Counted from the stretch's first letter, positions 19,820 to 30,077 are shown. The stretch: DNA of 64,000 nucleotides from Fibrobacterales bacterium (GCA_051532055.1 JAOPTX010000008.1:1-64000); one strand, 5' to 3'. The notes: generated from the sequence alone by a model not told the origin. Made by a program: numbers and translations.

Positions 19820-20905
19820 CTAAGGATAATGAGTATGAAGTACCCTAAGGTGTTCTTGGGGTATTTTAGCAAATAATGGTCGATTTTTACGCTCATAGGC
19901 TATTTCATAGTCACAACGAATGAGAGTAAAGTACTCAATTAATTTTTTACTTACAGTAATATTTTTACTAAAAAAAGTGTTGATATATGAGTCAACAAAC
20001 ACTGTATCGATATTTGTCGGTAGTTTCACATTTGTATGTATTGATTTGGCATAGGAGAGGCTCCGTAAAAAGCATGCAATATCATACTCTCGCGGCATAC
20101 ATTTAACCATACTATCAATTTGATATACTTCAGATATATTCTTGTTATCAGAATGGGGTTCACCCTCAAAATCAATAATAATTGGCTTCAAAAAAGGATC
20201 AATAATGAGTTGGCCTAGATGAAAATCACCATGAATTACTTGTGTCTCGATCTTATTATTTTGGGCAGGAAGCCTCTGTTTACCCTCTTTTTCCAAAATG
20301 CCATTTACTTGCTCAATATACGGAGTAATTGATTGAGTATAATGGGCAAAATGAGTATTAAGTTCAAGGTGAAGACGCGCTAATGCTCTGGCACTCTGTT
20401 CTACAATAGTTTTGACAATAACTTCGCCTTCTGAGCCACTCAGAGTCCCCCAGAAGTCCCATGCCGACACACCATTCACAGATTCTAAGGCCAATCCATA
20501 AAACATTCCTGCAACATGATACTCCCCTTGATAATGTGGTATACCCTTTTGAGTAGGGAGAGCAGCATACACCTCTCGCTCTCGCTCTAAACCCCCAACA
20601 TACGGTGAGACTTTGATAATAGTAGTGCTATTTACTCTTATAATGGGATTTGTTGAATCACTCGGCAAGAGTGTCGCTTCAGTATATTGCCCTCCGGTAA
20701 GTTCTTTTATAAAATCAGTATGAGTAAAGGCGAGTTCATTACCAACCATGGGGAGTAAATACAATTCAGAATACCCCCTAAATTGACACTCATATCGAAT
20801 AAAATTGACACATCCAATACTCCCCACTAGAGTCTCTACAATAGCTACCAGAGGCTCCCCCTTGCTCCGATACCAACGCTGTTGTAGTAGGTCTTCACTT
20901 TGCAT
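19820..20905 (-). CDS. Maltokinase-like (Mak/Pep2) phosphotransferase
   Basis: QRWY..K N-terminus, IHGDFHLGQ, IIDFEGEP, DIACFLRSLSYA, YEIAYE..NRP...IP. Confidence 0.8.
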   Translation of the reverse strand: MQSEDLLQQRWYRSKGEPLVAIVETLVGSIGCVNFIRYECQFRGYSELYLLPMVGNELAFTHTDFIKELTGGQYTEATLLPSDSTNPIIRVNSTTIIKVSPYVGGLEREREVYAALPTQKGIPHYQGEYHVAGMFYGLALESVNGVSAWDFWGTLSGSEGEVIVKTIVEQSARALARLHLELNTHFAHYTQSITPYIEQVNGILEKEGKQRLPAQNNKIETQVIHGDFHLGQLIIDPFLKPIIIDFEGEPHSDNKNISEVYQIDSMVKCMPREYDIACFLRSLSYAKSIHTNVKLPTNIDTVFVDSYINTFFSKNITVSKKLIEYFTLIRCDYEIAYERKNRPLFAKIPQEHLRVLHTHYP

Positions 20906-21022
20906 ATTATTCTATATCATCTATCCTAAGGGCATAGAGAAAAAATAGTGATTATCATTGATGAATGGAGCTAATTTTTTATGTTTACCCTATACACACA
21001 TTAAAAGATTCAGGAAACAGAT

Positions 21023-22348
21023 ATGTCACCCAAAGCAACGCTTCTCGCTTTAGCAATTCCTCTTCTTCTTTCAGCTACTCTTTTTGCAGAAAAAAACTAT
21101 GCACGTCAAAACCTTGATGGTAACTCTTTTAGGAAAAAAGACATTACTGATTTTGATTTTACTGAAGCATCGTTACAAAAGGCAAACTTTTCTAACGCTC
21201 GGGGTGAAGATGCGAATTTTGAAAATGCAGACCTCAAAGAAAGTAATTTCACCAGTGTCTTTTTACTCTCTCCAAATTTTGAAAAAGCAGACCTTTCGAA
21301 TGCAAATTTGAAACGTGCTGATATTCAAGACGGAAATTTTGAAGGTGCTAATTTACACCGAGCCAACTTTACCAATGCAATTCTTCTCAAGTCAGAATTT
21401 GAAGATGCTAATCTCAAAGGCGCCCGTATGAACGCGGCAAAATTTGCAGGTGAAACAAATTTTAGAGGTGCTAATCTTGAGGGTGTCAGCTTTGGTGGAA
21501 CTAAAAAATTAAGAAGTGACCTTACAGAAGTTGATTTTAGAGAAGCTAATCTTACGAAAGTTAATCTTTCAAACTCAACTCTGACTGGTGCCAACCTCTC
21601 TGAGGCGATTATTGTAGATGCAAACCTCTCATACACTAATATTATAAATGGCAGTCTTGATGATGTTAAATTTAAAAATGTAAACCTAACTGGAGCCGGC
21701 CTTAGTCGGACCTCAATGGACGGTACCACTTTTACTAACGTCAGTCTTAAATTTGCTGACCTCTCACTTAATAGCTTTGACGGTGTCGACTTTAGCACCA
21801 CCGAATTACAGAGTGCAAAATTTGCTCAATGTGGATCATTTGAGAATATAAAACTGATGAAGAAAAAACTTACAAAAACTATTTGGGATGAAACTAAAAT
21901 TAGCGAAGTAAACTTTTCTGGTGCGGATTTAGAGAAGTCTTCATTTTTTCAATCGACCATTACTGAAACACAGTTTGTAGACGCGAAACTAAAAAAATCT
22001 GTATTTGAAGATGCCATTGTTGAATACTGTAATTTTAAGAACTCAGATATGTCTAAATCTCGTCTCGGTAAATCTAAAATGGAAAAAGTAATGTTTGAGA
22101 ATGTCAATCTATCAAGTTCAAATTTTGCGGGCGCTTCAATTTACAAGGCTTCATTTGTTAAAGCAAACCTATCTCGTGCTACCTTTAATAATGCCACTCA
22201 TATTCAACAGTGTAACTTTTCTGGAGCAGACCTTACTCGTACCAAAGGTATAGAAGATGCTCAGTTTACCGAATGCCTCTATGACGCAAACACCAAATTC
22301 CCCTCTGGCTTTAATCCCAAAAAACATGGTTTTGTAAAAAGAAACTAA
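21023..22348 (+). CDS. Exported pentapeptide-repeat protein
   Basis: Signal peptide (TLFA), about 400 aa of A(N/D)(L/F)xx repeats, C-terminal YDANTKFPSGFNP cap. Confidence 0.9.
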   Translation: MSPKATLLALAIPLLLSATLFAEKNYARQNLDGNSFRKKDITDFDFTEASLQKANFSNARGEDANFENADLKESNFTSVFLLSPNFEKADLSNANLKRADIQDGNFEGANLHRANFTNAILLKSEFEDANLKGARMNAAKFAGETNFRGANLEGVSFGGTKKLRSDLTEVDFREANLTKVNLSNSTLTGANLSEAIIVDANLSYTNIINGSLDDVKFKNVNLTGAGLSRTSMDGTTFTNVSLKFADLSLNSFDGVDFSTTELQSAKFAQCGSFENIKLMKKKLTKTIWDETKISEVNFSGADLEKSSFFQSTITETQFVDAKLKKSVFEDAIVEYCNFKNSDMSKSRLGKSKMEKVMFENVNLSSSNFAGASIYKASFVKANLSRATFNNATHIQQCNFSGADLTRTKGIEDAQFTECLYDANTKFPSGFNPKKHGFVKRN

Positions 22349-22356
22349 GGCTATAT

Positions 22357-22384
22357 TCTCAGGTGAACAAAGCTTCACCTGAGA
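22357..22384. terminator. Hairpin between convergent genes
   Basis: TCTCAGGTGAA-CAAAGC-TTCACCTGAGA, 11-bp stem. Confidence 0.55.
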
Positions 22385-22410
22385 TTAAATAATAGCTGAA
22401 TTTGTACGAA

Positions 22411-22605
22411 TCAACTCTGAGACTTTTTACTTTTCTCTTTGATCGTCAGATAGATGTATGGAATAAAGGTCAATAACCCAAAAAATATCATTCCAAAGCT
22501 CAGTAGTGATGAAGTTTCATTTGACTCTTCAATAACTTTGGTGGTATCTACCGTTTCAGCGAAAAGTGTCAGTGTTGTGAATAGGATTGTGAGAATGAGT
22601 TTCAT
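22411..22605 (-). CDS. Small membrane protein
   Basis: Signal peptide, one C-terminal TM and a basic tail. Confidence 0.6.
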   Translation of the reverse strand: MKLILTILFTTLTLFAETVDTTKVIEESNETSSLLSFGMIFFGLLTFIPYIYLTIKEKSKKSQS

Positions 22606-22665
22606 ATTATGCCAGTTTTGCTACTTTTGACCAAATGTAAAAAAAACAAGTGGTAACGACAACGC

Positions 22666-23652
22666 ATGGATTCAATTCTTGAATATCTAACACACGTCCC
22701 TCACAAAAGAATTACTCGGGCCGTTGAAGAACTTATGCCTGCCCTTGAACAAAAAGTCGCTATCGGCGATGGGCCAAGCTGGAAACAGGCATACGAAGCA
22801 CTCCCCCCCATCGGCAAAGGCTCATTTACTATTGCTGATGGTGCATTTTCAGTAGGTCATGAAACGGAAATCGATGATGATCAACGTACTTCACTTATGG
22901 AGAGCCTCACACAACTTATTCCCTGGCGGAAGGGGCCCTTTAACTTCTTTGGTACCCACATTGAAACAGAGTGGCGCTCGGACCTAAAATGGAATAGACT
23001 TAAAGATCACATACAAAACCTCAATCAAAAAATCGTACTCGATGTCGGCTGTAATAATGGTTATTATATGTACCGCATGCTTGAACAAGACCCCAAATTA
23101 GTTATTGGCATTGACCCTTCTGTGATCTGTTATTACCAATTTATTACGGCAAAGCGCTATATTACTGCCCCAGCACTTCACTATCTCCCCTGTAAACTTG
23201 AACAGTTAGATGGATTTAAAGGGTGTTTTGACACTGTTTTTACAATGGGTATTCTGTATCACAGAAAGTCCCCTTTGGAATACTTAAAGCAGACTCATGA
23301 CCTATTGAAAGTAGGTGGTGAAGCGGTGATCGAGACTATTACCATTCCAGGTGATGATTTCTATTCTCTCTGTCCTGAAGACCGCTATGCACAAATGCGT
23401 AATGTCTATTTTTTACCCACAGTCCCATTATTGGTTAGTTGGATTAAAAAGTGTGGCTTTGTTGATATCACTATTGTTGATACAAGTCCCACAACCTTTG
23501 AGGAACAGAAAAATTCGCCTTGGGTAGAAGGAAAATCATTATCAGATTTTCTTGACCCTAACGACCCCAGTCGTACTATTGAAGGCTACCCTGCCCCCAA
23601 TCGCACTACTATAGTCGCCCATAGACGACCTAAGCAAAAATTTAGTTATTGA
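22666..23652 (+). CDS. cmoB: tRNA U34 carboxymethyltransferase
   Basis: PWRKGPF, IETEWRSDLKW, LDVGCNNGY, FTMGILYHRKSP, RYAQMRNVYFLP, TIEGYPAP. Confidence 0.95.
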   Translation: MDSILEYLTHVPHKRITRAVEELMPALEQKVAIGDGPSWKQAYEALPPIGKGSFTIADGAFSVGHETEIDDDQRTSLMESLTQLIPWRKGPFNFFGTHIETEWRSDLKWNRLKDHIQNLNQKIVLDVGCNNGYYMYRMLEQDPKLVIGIDPSVICYYQFITAKRYITAPALHYLPCKLEQLDGFKGCFDTVFTMGILYHRKSPLEYLKQTHDLLKVGGEAVIETITIPGDDFYSLCPEDRYAQMRNVYFLPTVPLLVSWIKKCGFVDITIVDTSPTTFEEQKNSPWVEGKSLSDFLDPNDPSRTIEGYPAPNRTTIVAHRRPKQKFSY

Positions 23653-23654
23653 TA

Positions 23655-24056
23655 CTAGCCACGAAGAGTGACTAGAAGTTCTTTTAATTTATTTTTCAAT
23701 AGAGGACTGGTACTTTTTTGTTCAAACTCAAGCTGGGTCTGCATTGGAGATTCAGCACCGTAAGTGATTGATTTCAGCATGTCTTCAAGTTTTGATTTTT
23801 TGGTTTGATTTAAAAGATTTCTAATTTCGTCATCTTCAAGATTACGAGTATAGACCAAAAACTTAATATACTGTACCAACTGAAAGTCTTGAAGAGCGTA
23901 CGTTCTATTTCCCGCTCTATTCCGAGGAGGGTTCAGTTGAGGAAATTTTTCTTCCCAATACCGTACTGTAGAGGCCTCGAGTCCCGAAATGCTACACACT
24001 TCCGAAATGGAGTAATACTTTTTAATATCGCGCTCACCACCATATTTAATTGCCAT
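23655..24056 (-). CDS. MerR-family HTH regulator
   Basis: YYSISEV...VRYWEEKFPQLNPPRNRAGNRTY. Confidence 0.88.
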   Translation of the reverse strand: MAIKYGGERDIKKYYSISEVCSISGLEASTVRYWEEKFPQLNPPRNRAGNRTYALQDFQLVQYIKFLVYTRNLEDDEIRNLLNQTKKSKLEDMLKSITYGAESPMQTQLEFEQKSTSPLLKNKLKELLVTLRG

Positions 24057-25060
24057 TAAATCCCCTCTGCTTTTAGCTCCCGACGCATCAAATCTTTGAT
24101 GGCCTCTTTGGGATCTTTTCCATTGTAGAGTATTTCATATATTGCATTTGATATAGGCATATCAATATCATACTTCTTCGACATTTGCCACGTACTCAAA
24201 GTAGCAGGTACTCCTTCAGCGACCATAGTCATTTCACTGAGTATCTCATCGATACTTTTTCCACGACCAATGTGTTCACCAACATACCGATTTCTTGAAT
24301 GACTACTTGTACAAGTAGTGATGAGATCTCCCATTCCAGCAAGTCCAGAAAAGGTTCTAAGTTGACCACCCATACGCTCACCTAATCGGCTAATCTCAGC
24401 GAGACCTCTTGTAATGAGAGCTCCTTTGGGATTATCTCCAAAACCCAACCCATCTAATATACCAGTAGCAATTGCAATTACATTTTTAAGTGACCCGCAG
24501 AGTTCAACACCCATTACATCATCAGATTGATAGACTCTAAAGTATTCATTAGAAAAGGCTTTTTGTAAAATCTCAGCTTGAGTAAGGTACTGGCCCGCAA
24601 TAACAACTGCCGTAGGCATATGGCGTGCAACCTCTTCGGCGTGAGATGGTCCTGAAAGCACCAAAACATTTTCTGGTGTTGCTTTATCAATTTGAGAGAT
24701 AATAATCTCACTCACTCTCATAAATGACTCTTTCTCTATTCCCTTAATTAGTGAGAGATACAGAGTATGTGCTGGTATTGTACAGCCATTCACTTGAGCC
24801 GCAACTGAACGAACATGAATCGAAGGAACTGCGAATACTATTGCATCGGTTCCTGCTATCATCTCTTGTAAGTTTGTTGAGATAATACAACTTTCAGGAA
24901 TTTTCACCCCAGGAAGCCGTACTACATGTTCTCTTTTTTCGGTCAACACCGCTGCTTCTTCTGCAGAGTAGGTCCAAAATCGTACTTCGTGACCGTTTTC
25001 TGAGAGAAGCTTACCTATTGTGAGTCCCCAACTACCAGTACCTAATACGGTAAATATCAT
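24056..25060 (-). CDS. gpsA: NAD(P)H-dependent glycerol-3-phosphate dehydrogenase
   Basis: GTGSWG, SGPSHAEEV, LKNVIAI, GLAGMGDLITTC.S.HSRN, VAEGV. Confidence 0.96.
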   Translation of the reverse strand: MIFTVLGTGSWGLTIGKLLSENGHEVRFWTYSAEEAAVLTEKREHVVRLPGVKIPESCIISTNLQEMIAGTDAIVFAVPSIHVRSVAAQVNGCTIPAHTLYLSLIKGIEKESFMRVSEIIISQIDKATPENVLVLSGPSHAEEVARHMPTAVVIAGQYLTQAEILQKAFSNEYFRVYQSDDVMGVELCGSLKNVIAIATGILDGLGFGDNPKGALITRGLAEISRLGERMGGQLRTFSGLAGMGDLITTCTSSHSRNRYVGEHIGRGKSIDEILSEMTMVAEGVPATLSTWQMSKKYDIDMPISNAIYEILYNGKDPKEAIKDLMRRELKAEGI

Positions 25061-25686
25061 TCTTCTTCCTTAGGTTTTCCAAATCTATTTTCAGTACCGT
25101 TAATGAGGCGCTGAATATTCGCTTTATGTTTAATAGTAACAAATGCTGCAATTATCCAGCCAAGAATCATTGTCTCTAGTGCAATATCTCGCCCAGGGGT
25201 AATGAAAGAGACGGTAAGGCCAGCAGCCAATACAATTGCAGCCACAATTGACGCCAACGAAACATAACGAGTCACATAAGTGATTACAGCCCATGTTGCA
25301 AAGGCAACTAATGCTTCTTGATGCGCTAAAAAGATAAAAACTCCAAGGGCAGTCAGTACCCCTTTGCCACCTTTAAATTTTGCAAAACAAGTAAATGAAT
25401 GACCAAGAACCGCAACAAGACCAGCAGCAATAGGAAGCCAACCAATATCCGGCGCTAAAAGAGTTGCAATAAATGGAGCCATTACTCCTTTTCCAAGGTC
25501 AACAAACACTACAGGAAGTGCAGGCTTCCAGCCCAATACTCTAAAAGTATTGGTGAGTCCTGCATTTTTCGATCCGTGTTCACGGATATCGATTCCTGAA
25601 AAATACTTTGATGACCAAACTGCTGACGGGATCGACCCAAGCAGATATGCGATGAGTATACTAGCGGTAATTTCCAAGATCTTCAT
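25057..25686 (-). CDS. plsY: Glycerol-3-phosphate acyltransferase
   Basis: YLLGSIP, DIREHGSKNAGLTN, GH, FKGGKGV, KH..NI.RL..GTE. Confidence 0.96.
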   Translation of the reverse strand: MKILEITASILIAYLLGSIPSAVWSSKYFSGIDIREHGSKNAGLTNTFRVLGWKPALPVVFVDLGKGVMAPFIATLLAPDIGWLPIAAGLVAVLGHSFTCFAKFKGGKGVLTALGVFIFLAHQEALVAFATWAVITYVTRYVSLASIVAAIVLAAGLTVSFITPGRDIALETMILGWIIAAFVTIKHKANIQRLINGTENRFGKPKEEE

Positions 25687-27016
25687 CCGTCCTTAAGTCA
25701 AGGTCTAAATCAAAATTTAATCGAAGGGGGGCTCCGATCATATTAAACTTTTTATGGAGTCTTCTTAAAAAATAACGTTTCCAACTCTCATCGATAAGGT
25801 CGGGATGATTAGATTCAATCGTTACCACAGGTGGATTCACCATAATTTGACAAACCCGAGTCATAGTAATAATTTTAGAAACACGAGCCGGATGTGGATT
25901 ATCACGAACAGCACTTTCAAATTCTTTGATAAGTGCGTCTCTACCGAGGACTTTAAAACAGTTTTCATACACCTGATCAATGGTTTCCATAAGTTTACCA
26001 ATACGTAAGCCTTCAAGAGCTGACATAGCTATGATCGGTAAATATTTAAGGCTCGCATCTCTGTGATAAAGTTCTTTTTTAAAGGTATCTAATGTATTGG
26101 ACTCTTTCTCATAAAGGTCCCATTTATTGATAACAAGAATAATACCTTTTGCCGAGTGCTTAATCTGGTCAATGATTCTGTAATCTTGTATTCCAAGACC
26201 TCGATTCACATCAAACATGAGAACAACAACGTCAGATCTCTTAATCGATTGAAGAGAGCGCATATTAGAAAAATATTCAACCTCTTCTGAAACACGAGCT
26301 TTTTTTCTTAAACCAGCGGTATCAGTAATGAGATAGTTTTTACCGTCAATTTTAAGCTGGCAATCGATTGAATCACGCGTTGTACCGGCAACATCAGAGG
26401 TAATCATCCGCTCTTCTCTTAAAAGCCTATTAAGAAGGGTTGATTTACCAGCATTGGGTCTGCCAAGTATTGCAATCTTCGTTACCTGTTCTTCACTCTC
26501 TTTGATTGTTTTTTTAGGGACCAACTCAATCGCTTTGGAAAGAAAAGAATTGAAGGCATACCCTGTGAGAGCAGAGATTGAATAAGGCTCACCAAAACCA
26601 AGCTTATAGAAAGTCTGTACTTCCTGACGATCTTCAAGTTCTTCGTTTTTATTACAAACGAGCAGTACTTGTTTTTGGTTTTTATGAATGATATCAGCAA
26701 AAATTTGATCTTGCTTTGTCACACCGACACGTCCATCAACAACGAATATGACGAGTTCTGCAGTGGTAACCGCATGAATAATTTGAATTCTGACGGAATC
26801 AGCCATTTCATCGATACTATCGTCGGTAATAAATCCACCTGTATCAACCAAATTAAAAGGTACTTGGTTCCAGGTAGCGACTTGATAATGTCGATCTCGG
26901 GTTACCCCTTCACGGTCAGACACAACTGCTGCACGTCGACCAACAATGCGATTAAATATAGATGACTTACCAACGTTGGGGCGACCAACAATTGCAATGG
27001 TAGGATAATGTTTCAT
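25661..27016 (-). CDS. der: Ribosome biogenesis GTPase Der
   Basis: Two G domains: GRPNVGKS/DTGG and GRPNAGKS/DTAG/NKWD. Confidence 0.97.
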   Translation of the reverse strand: MKHYPTIAIVGRPNVGKSSIFNRIVGRRAAVVSDREGVTRDRHYQVATWNQVPFNLVDTGGFITDDSIDEMADSVRIQIIHAVTTAELVIFVVDGRVGVTKQDQIFADIIHKNQKQVLLVCNKNEELEDRQEVQTFYKLGFGEPYSISALTGYAFNSFLSKAIELVPKKTIKESEEQVTKIAILGRPNAGKSTLLNRLLREERMITSDVAGTTRDSIDCQLKIDGKNYLITDTAGLRKKARVSEEVEYFSNMRSLQSIKRSDVVVLMFDVNRGLGIQDYRIIDQIKHSAKGIILVINKWDLYEKESNTLDTFKKELYHRDASLKYLPIIAMSALEGLRIGKLMETIDQVYENCFKVLGRDALIKEFESAVRDNPHPARVSKIITMTRVCQIMVNPPVVTIESNHPDLIDESWKRYFLRRLHKKFNMIGAPLRLNFDLDLDLRTDEDLGNYR

Positions 27017-27029
27017 GGTGTTGAATTAA

Positions 27030-27365
27030 TTACAGGGCAGCAACTTCGGTAAAACTCTCTTCGATACATTTCGCGAGCTCTTTACTTCGGGTGTCAGCTT
27101 CAGACATATTCTCTTCTGTAGAACCGATTTTTTCAATCTCGTAGGCAATTTTAGCTGCTTCAACAAACCGAAGATTTGCGAGGGCACCTTTCATAGAATG
27201 TGCATGCTCTCGTACCGCTGAATAATCAGCTTGTACAATTGCATCATTGAGTAGCGGGATAGATTCCCCGATAAATTCTTTAAGATCTTGTAAAAAATCA
27301 ACAAAATCTTCCATTTCGAGACCCAATTCTTCTAATGCCTGATCTACTTCTACGAGCTGACCCAT
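27030..27365 (-). CDS. Stand-alone Hpt (histidine phosphotransfer) protein
   Basis: AHSMKGALANL motif in an acidic four-helix protein. Confidence 0.85.
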   Translation of the reverse strand: MGQLVEVDQALEELGLEMEDFVDFLQDLKEFIGESIPLLNDAIVQADYSAVREHAHSMKGALANLRFVEAAKIAYEIEKIGSTEENMSEADTRSKELAKCIEESFTEVAAL

Positions 27366-27456
27366 TATTATTCCTTTTGAATTGTATTATACCAAATGTA
27401 TAAATTTTCATTTTTATTATACTCTATTATAATAATAATCACATTAATAGTGCTAG

Positions 27457-27672
27457 TTATTCCTGCTTTTTTTCACTCTTTTTAGCCACTATTAGCCCAA
27501 TAAGAAGCATTCCAAAAAGTGCCCAGCTAACCCCGTTGAGATAATAAGCCGTATCACTTGCACTCTCTTCAAGTTTGCGAGCAAAGAGTTGGCATATGGT
27601 AATAACAATGACTATTAAAAAAAGCACTTGTCTGATTTTTGAAATGCCATTAAGTTGAGGAAAAATACGCAT
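27457..27672 (-). CDS. Small two-TM membrane protein
   Basis: Two hydrophobic helices, basic tail, GAGG RBS right after the upstream stop. Confidence 0.6.
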   Translation of the reverse strand: MRIFPQLNGISKIRQVLFLIVIVITICQLFARKLEESASDTAYYLNGVSWALFGMLLIGLIVAKKSEKKQE

Positions 27673-27680
27673 AGAGCCTC

Positions 27681-28529
27681 TTAGATATAAGTTGATACCA
27701 TAAGTGCACCCATAATAAGTACACTAATTGCTGAATTTGCTTTAAAAAAAGCACTATTGAGAGAGTCGAGAGATCGTCCCCCTTTACCCAGATGAAGATA
27801 GAGGAGAATGATGCCGGTAACCCCACAAGTTACTGCCCAGTACACATTGGGAAGCCTTAAAAAATAGAGATAGATCATCAGTGAAAACATCACTAAATGA
27901 AGGAGTTGAGCAAAAAATAGTGCTCCTTTTGTCCCAAAAAAGGTAACCGCTGAGTGCAAACCCAGTTTGGTATCTACCTCTTCATCCTGTGTGGCATAAA
28001 TAATATCAAATCCAGAAATCCAGAATGTGAGAATCAGACCAAGAATTATAGGAAAAAGGCCAAATTCACCTCGCACTCCAATCCAAACACCGAGCGGTGA
28101 GAGACCAATAGCAATACCCAAAAAAACGTGGCAGAGCCAGCTAAACCTCTTCCAAAAAGAGTATGAGAGTAAAAACACCAATACTGGGGCAGAAAAGGTC
28201 AGTGCCATTGTATTAAGCATCCCGGCGCTCACCATAAAAGCAACACCATTGAGTATAATAAAAAGAGAGGCCTGAAGAGGAGAAATGAGTCCTGCTGGTA
28301 TATGGCGGCCGGCAGTCCTTGGGTTCTTCGCATCAAATCGTGCATCGATAAGACGATTAAAAGCCATCGCAGCGTTACGCGCAGTAACCATGCAAATCAG
28401 AACCCATAAAAGGAGCCATGGATCAAAAATACCCTCAGTGGCCATTACAAAAGTACCCAGTGCAAAAGGCAAGGCAAAAATGGTGTGAGAAAATTTTACT
28501 AGTTCTAAAAAGTGAAGAATTTTTGGCAT
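27681..28529 (-). CDS. UbiA-family prenyltransferase (MqnP-like, menaquinone)
   Basis: KFSHTIFALPFA, AMAFNRLID..FD..NPRT..R, GFDIIYATQD. Confidence 0.88.
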   Translation of the reverse strand: MPKILHFLELVKFSHTIFALPFALGTFVMATEGIFDPWLLLWVLICMVTARNAAMAFNRLIDARFDAKNPRTAGRHIPAGLISPLQASLFIILNGVAFMVSAGMLNTMALTFSAPVLVFLLSYSFWKRFSWLCHVFLGIAIGLSPLGVWIGVRGEFGLFPIILGLILTFWISGFDIIYATQDEEVDTKLGLHSAVTFFGTKGALFFAQLLHLVMFSLMIYLYFLRLPNVYWAVTCGVTGIILLYLHLGKGGRSLDSLNSAFFKANSAISVLIMGALMVSTYI

Positions 28530-28531
28530 GG

Positions 28532-29092
28532 TTACTCACTCCCCCACGCCGGGAAAACCGTATGGGGAAGCTCGAGTAAATCAAGAACCTTTGCAACAAC
28601 AGTATCAACCACTTCTTCTATTGTCTTAGGGTGAAAGTAAAAGTGAGGACTTGTAGGAACAATCATGCCCCCAGCAGTCATAATTTTTTTCATATTATCA
28701 AGATGTATTGTATTAAAAGGCATCTCACGAGGGCATATAATGAGTGGTTTACGCTCCTTTAGACAAACGTCAGCAGCACGAACAAGAAGGTTATTAGAGG
28801 TGCCTCCTGCAATATTGCCAATAGTTCCAACTGAACAAGGGAGTATCACCATTGCGGCGATATTAGCCGTACCACTAGCTGGTGCAGAAAACATATTATC
28901 AATTCCGTGCTCTTTAAGGCCCTGCTCCCTGATCCATTGTTCTTTCTCATACTCCAAGACCTTAGACCCATTTGAAGATATAACAAGCTCCACAGAGTGA
29001 TTGAGGTTCATTAAATGATACATAAGTCGTCGAGCATAAATTGCACCACTTGCTCCAGTAATGCCGACTAAAATTGTTCCGTTATCTCTCAT
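28532..29092 (-). CDS. ubiX: Flavin prenyltransferase
   Basis: GITGASG, ASG, PCS, RAADVCLKERK, PREMP, P.FY. Confidence 0.93.
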   Translation of the reverse strand: MRDNGTILVGITGASGAIYARRLMYHLMNLNHSVELVISSNGSKVLEYEKEQWIREQGLKEHGIDNMFSAPASGTANIAAMVILPCSVGTIGNIAGGTSNNLLVRAADVCLKERKPLIICPREMPFNTIHLDNMKKIMTAGGMIVPTSPHFYFHPKTIEEVVDTVVAKVLDLLELPHTVFPAWGSE

Positions 29093-29765
29093 GACGTACC
29101 TTTTGAAGATAGACTATATGCGCAATACCACCATCACAGGGTACCACGTTCTTTATCCTAAACCCATGTTCCTGACACTGTCTTGTATAATCTTCTACTG
29201 TTACAAATGCATGAATCGAGTTTACTAGATATTTATATGCAGGGGCATTTTTTTTGAACAGTAGAGAGGGAAGTGGCAGAACCACTGGCGCTACATATCG
29301 ATAAAACACTTTAGAAAAACAATGAGAGGGCTTAAAAAACTCAAGAGTTAAAAACTCTCCACCATCTTTTAAAACACGATTGACTTCAGATAACCCTAGG
29401 GAAAGGTCATCAAGATTACGCATTCCAAATCCATTAAGGACCAAATCAAAAATTCCAGATTTCAGGGGCAAATTAAGTGCATCAAGTTGAACTGCGCGGG
29501 ATTGTTCTTTTTTTTGAGCGTGAGTGAGCATATTGAAGGAGAAATCCCCAAGAACTCTCGCGCCAATATCAATGTGTTCGGAGCACTTTTCCATAAAGTC
29601 GCCGGTACCACCACAGAGATCGAGAACCGCTAGAGAAGTATCTGCTTTTAAAAGCCGAACTGCCTTCTTTCTCCAACGCATATCACGACCGGCTGTAAGG
29701 ATCCTATTCATTACATCGTAATAGGTCGAAATCCCGTCAAACATATTTTTGACAACTGGGCTCAT
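29082..29765 (-). CDS. ubiE: Demethylmenaquinone methyltransferase (UbiE/MenG)
   Basis: VKNMFD.I...YD.MN, LDLCGGTGD, DFSFNML, FGMRN, YKYLVNSI. Confidence 0.9.
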   Translation of the reverse strand: MSPVVKNMFDGISTYYDVMNRILTAGRDMRWRKKAVRLLKADTSLAVLDLCGGTGDFMEKCSEHIDIGARVLGDFSFNMLTHAQKKEQSRAVQLDALNLPLKSGIFDLVLNGFGMRNLDDLSLGLSEVNRVLKDGGEFLTLEFFKPSHCFSKVFYRYVAPVVLPLPSLLFKKNAPAYKYLVNSIHAFVTVEDYTRQCQEHGFRIKNVVPCDGGIAHIVYLQKVRHER

Positions 29766-29892
29766 CTAAGTATATCCCTCATATTCTGCACCCTTCAACT
29801 TGATAAGTATTGTGGAAAAACTCTCTCCACCTCTCTATTTCTTATCAGAAGATAAAAAAATTAAAATATTCACACATTAATAATATTTTTTA

Positions 29893-29920
29893 TTGACATA
29901 AAATATCATTAACTTATAAT
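29893..29920 (+). promoter_or_regulatory. Sigma70-type promoter of tRNA-Phe
   Basis: Exact TTGACA (29893-29898), 16-nt spacer, exact TATAAT (29915-29920), AT-rich upstream. Confidence 0.8.
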
Positions 29921-29932
29921 TGCTTTCGCTAA

Positions 29933-30006
<74 letters not shown>

Positions 30007-30015
30007 TTACACTTG

Positions 30016-30045
30016 AAAGGATCATCCATTGGATGGTCCTTTTTT
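30016..30045 (+). terminator. Intrinsic terminator after tRNA-Phe
   Basis: AAAGGATCATCC-ATT-GGATGGTCCTTTTTT. Confidence 0.8.
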
Positions 30046-30077
30046 GGTTTTATGGCCTTGCGTATTTGCGGTAATGC

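Noticed and set aside
21325..21801. 158-aa minus-strand ORF
   Set aside because: Antisense shadow of the pentapeptide repeats
30054..30060. GGCCTTG, identical to the first 7 nt of tRNA-Phe, as an att site
   Set aside because: Too short, matches the 5' rather than the 3' end, and there is no integrase in the window
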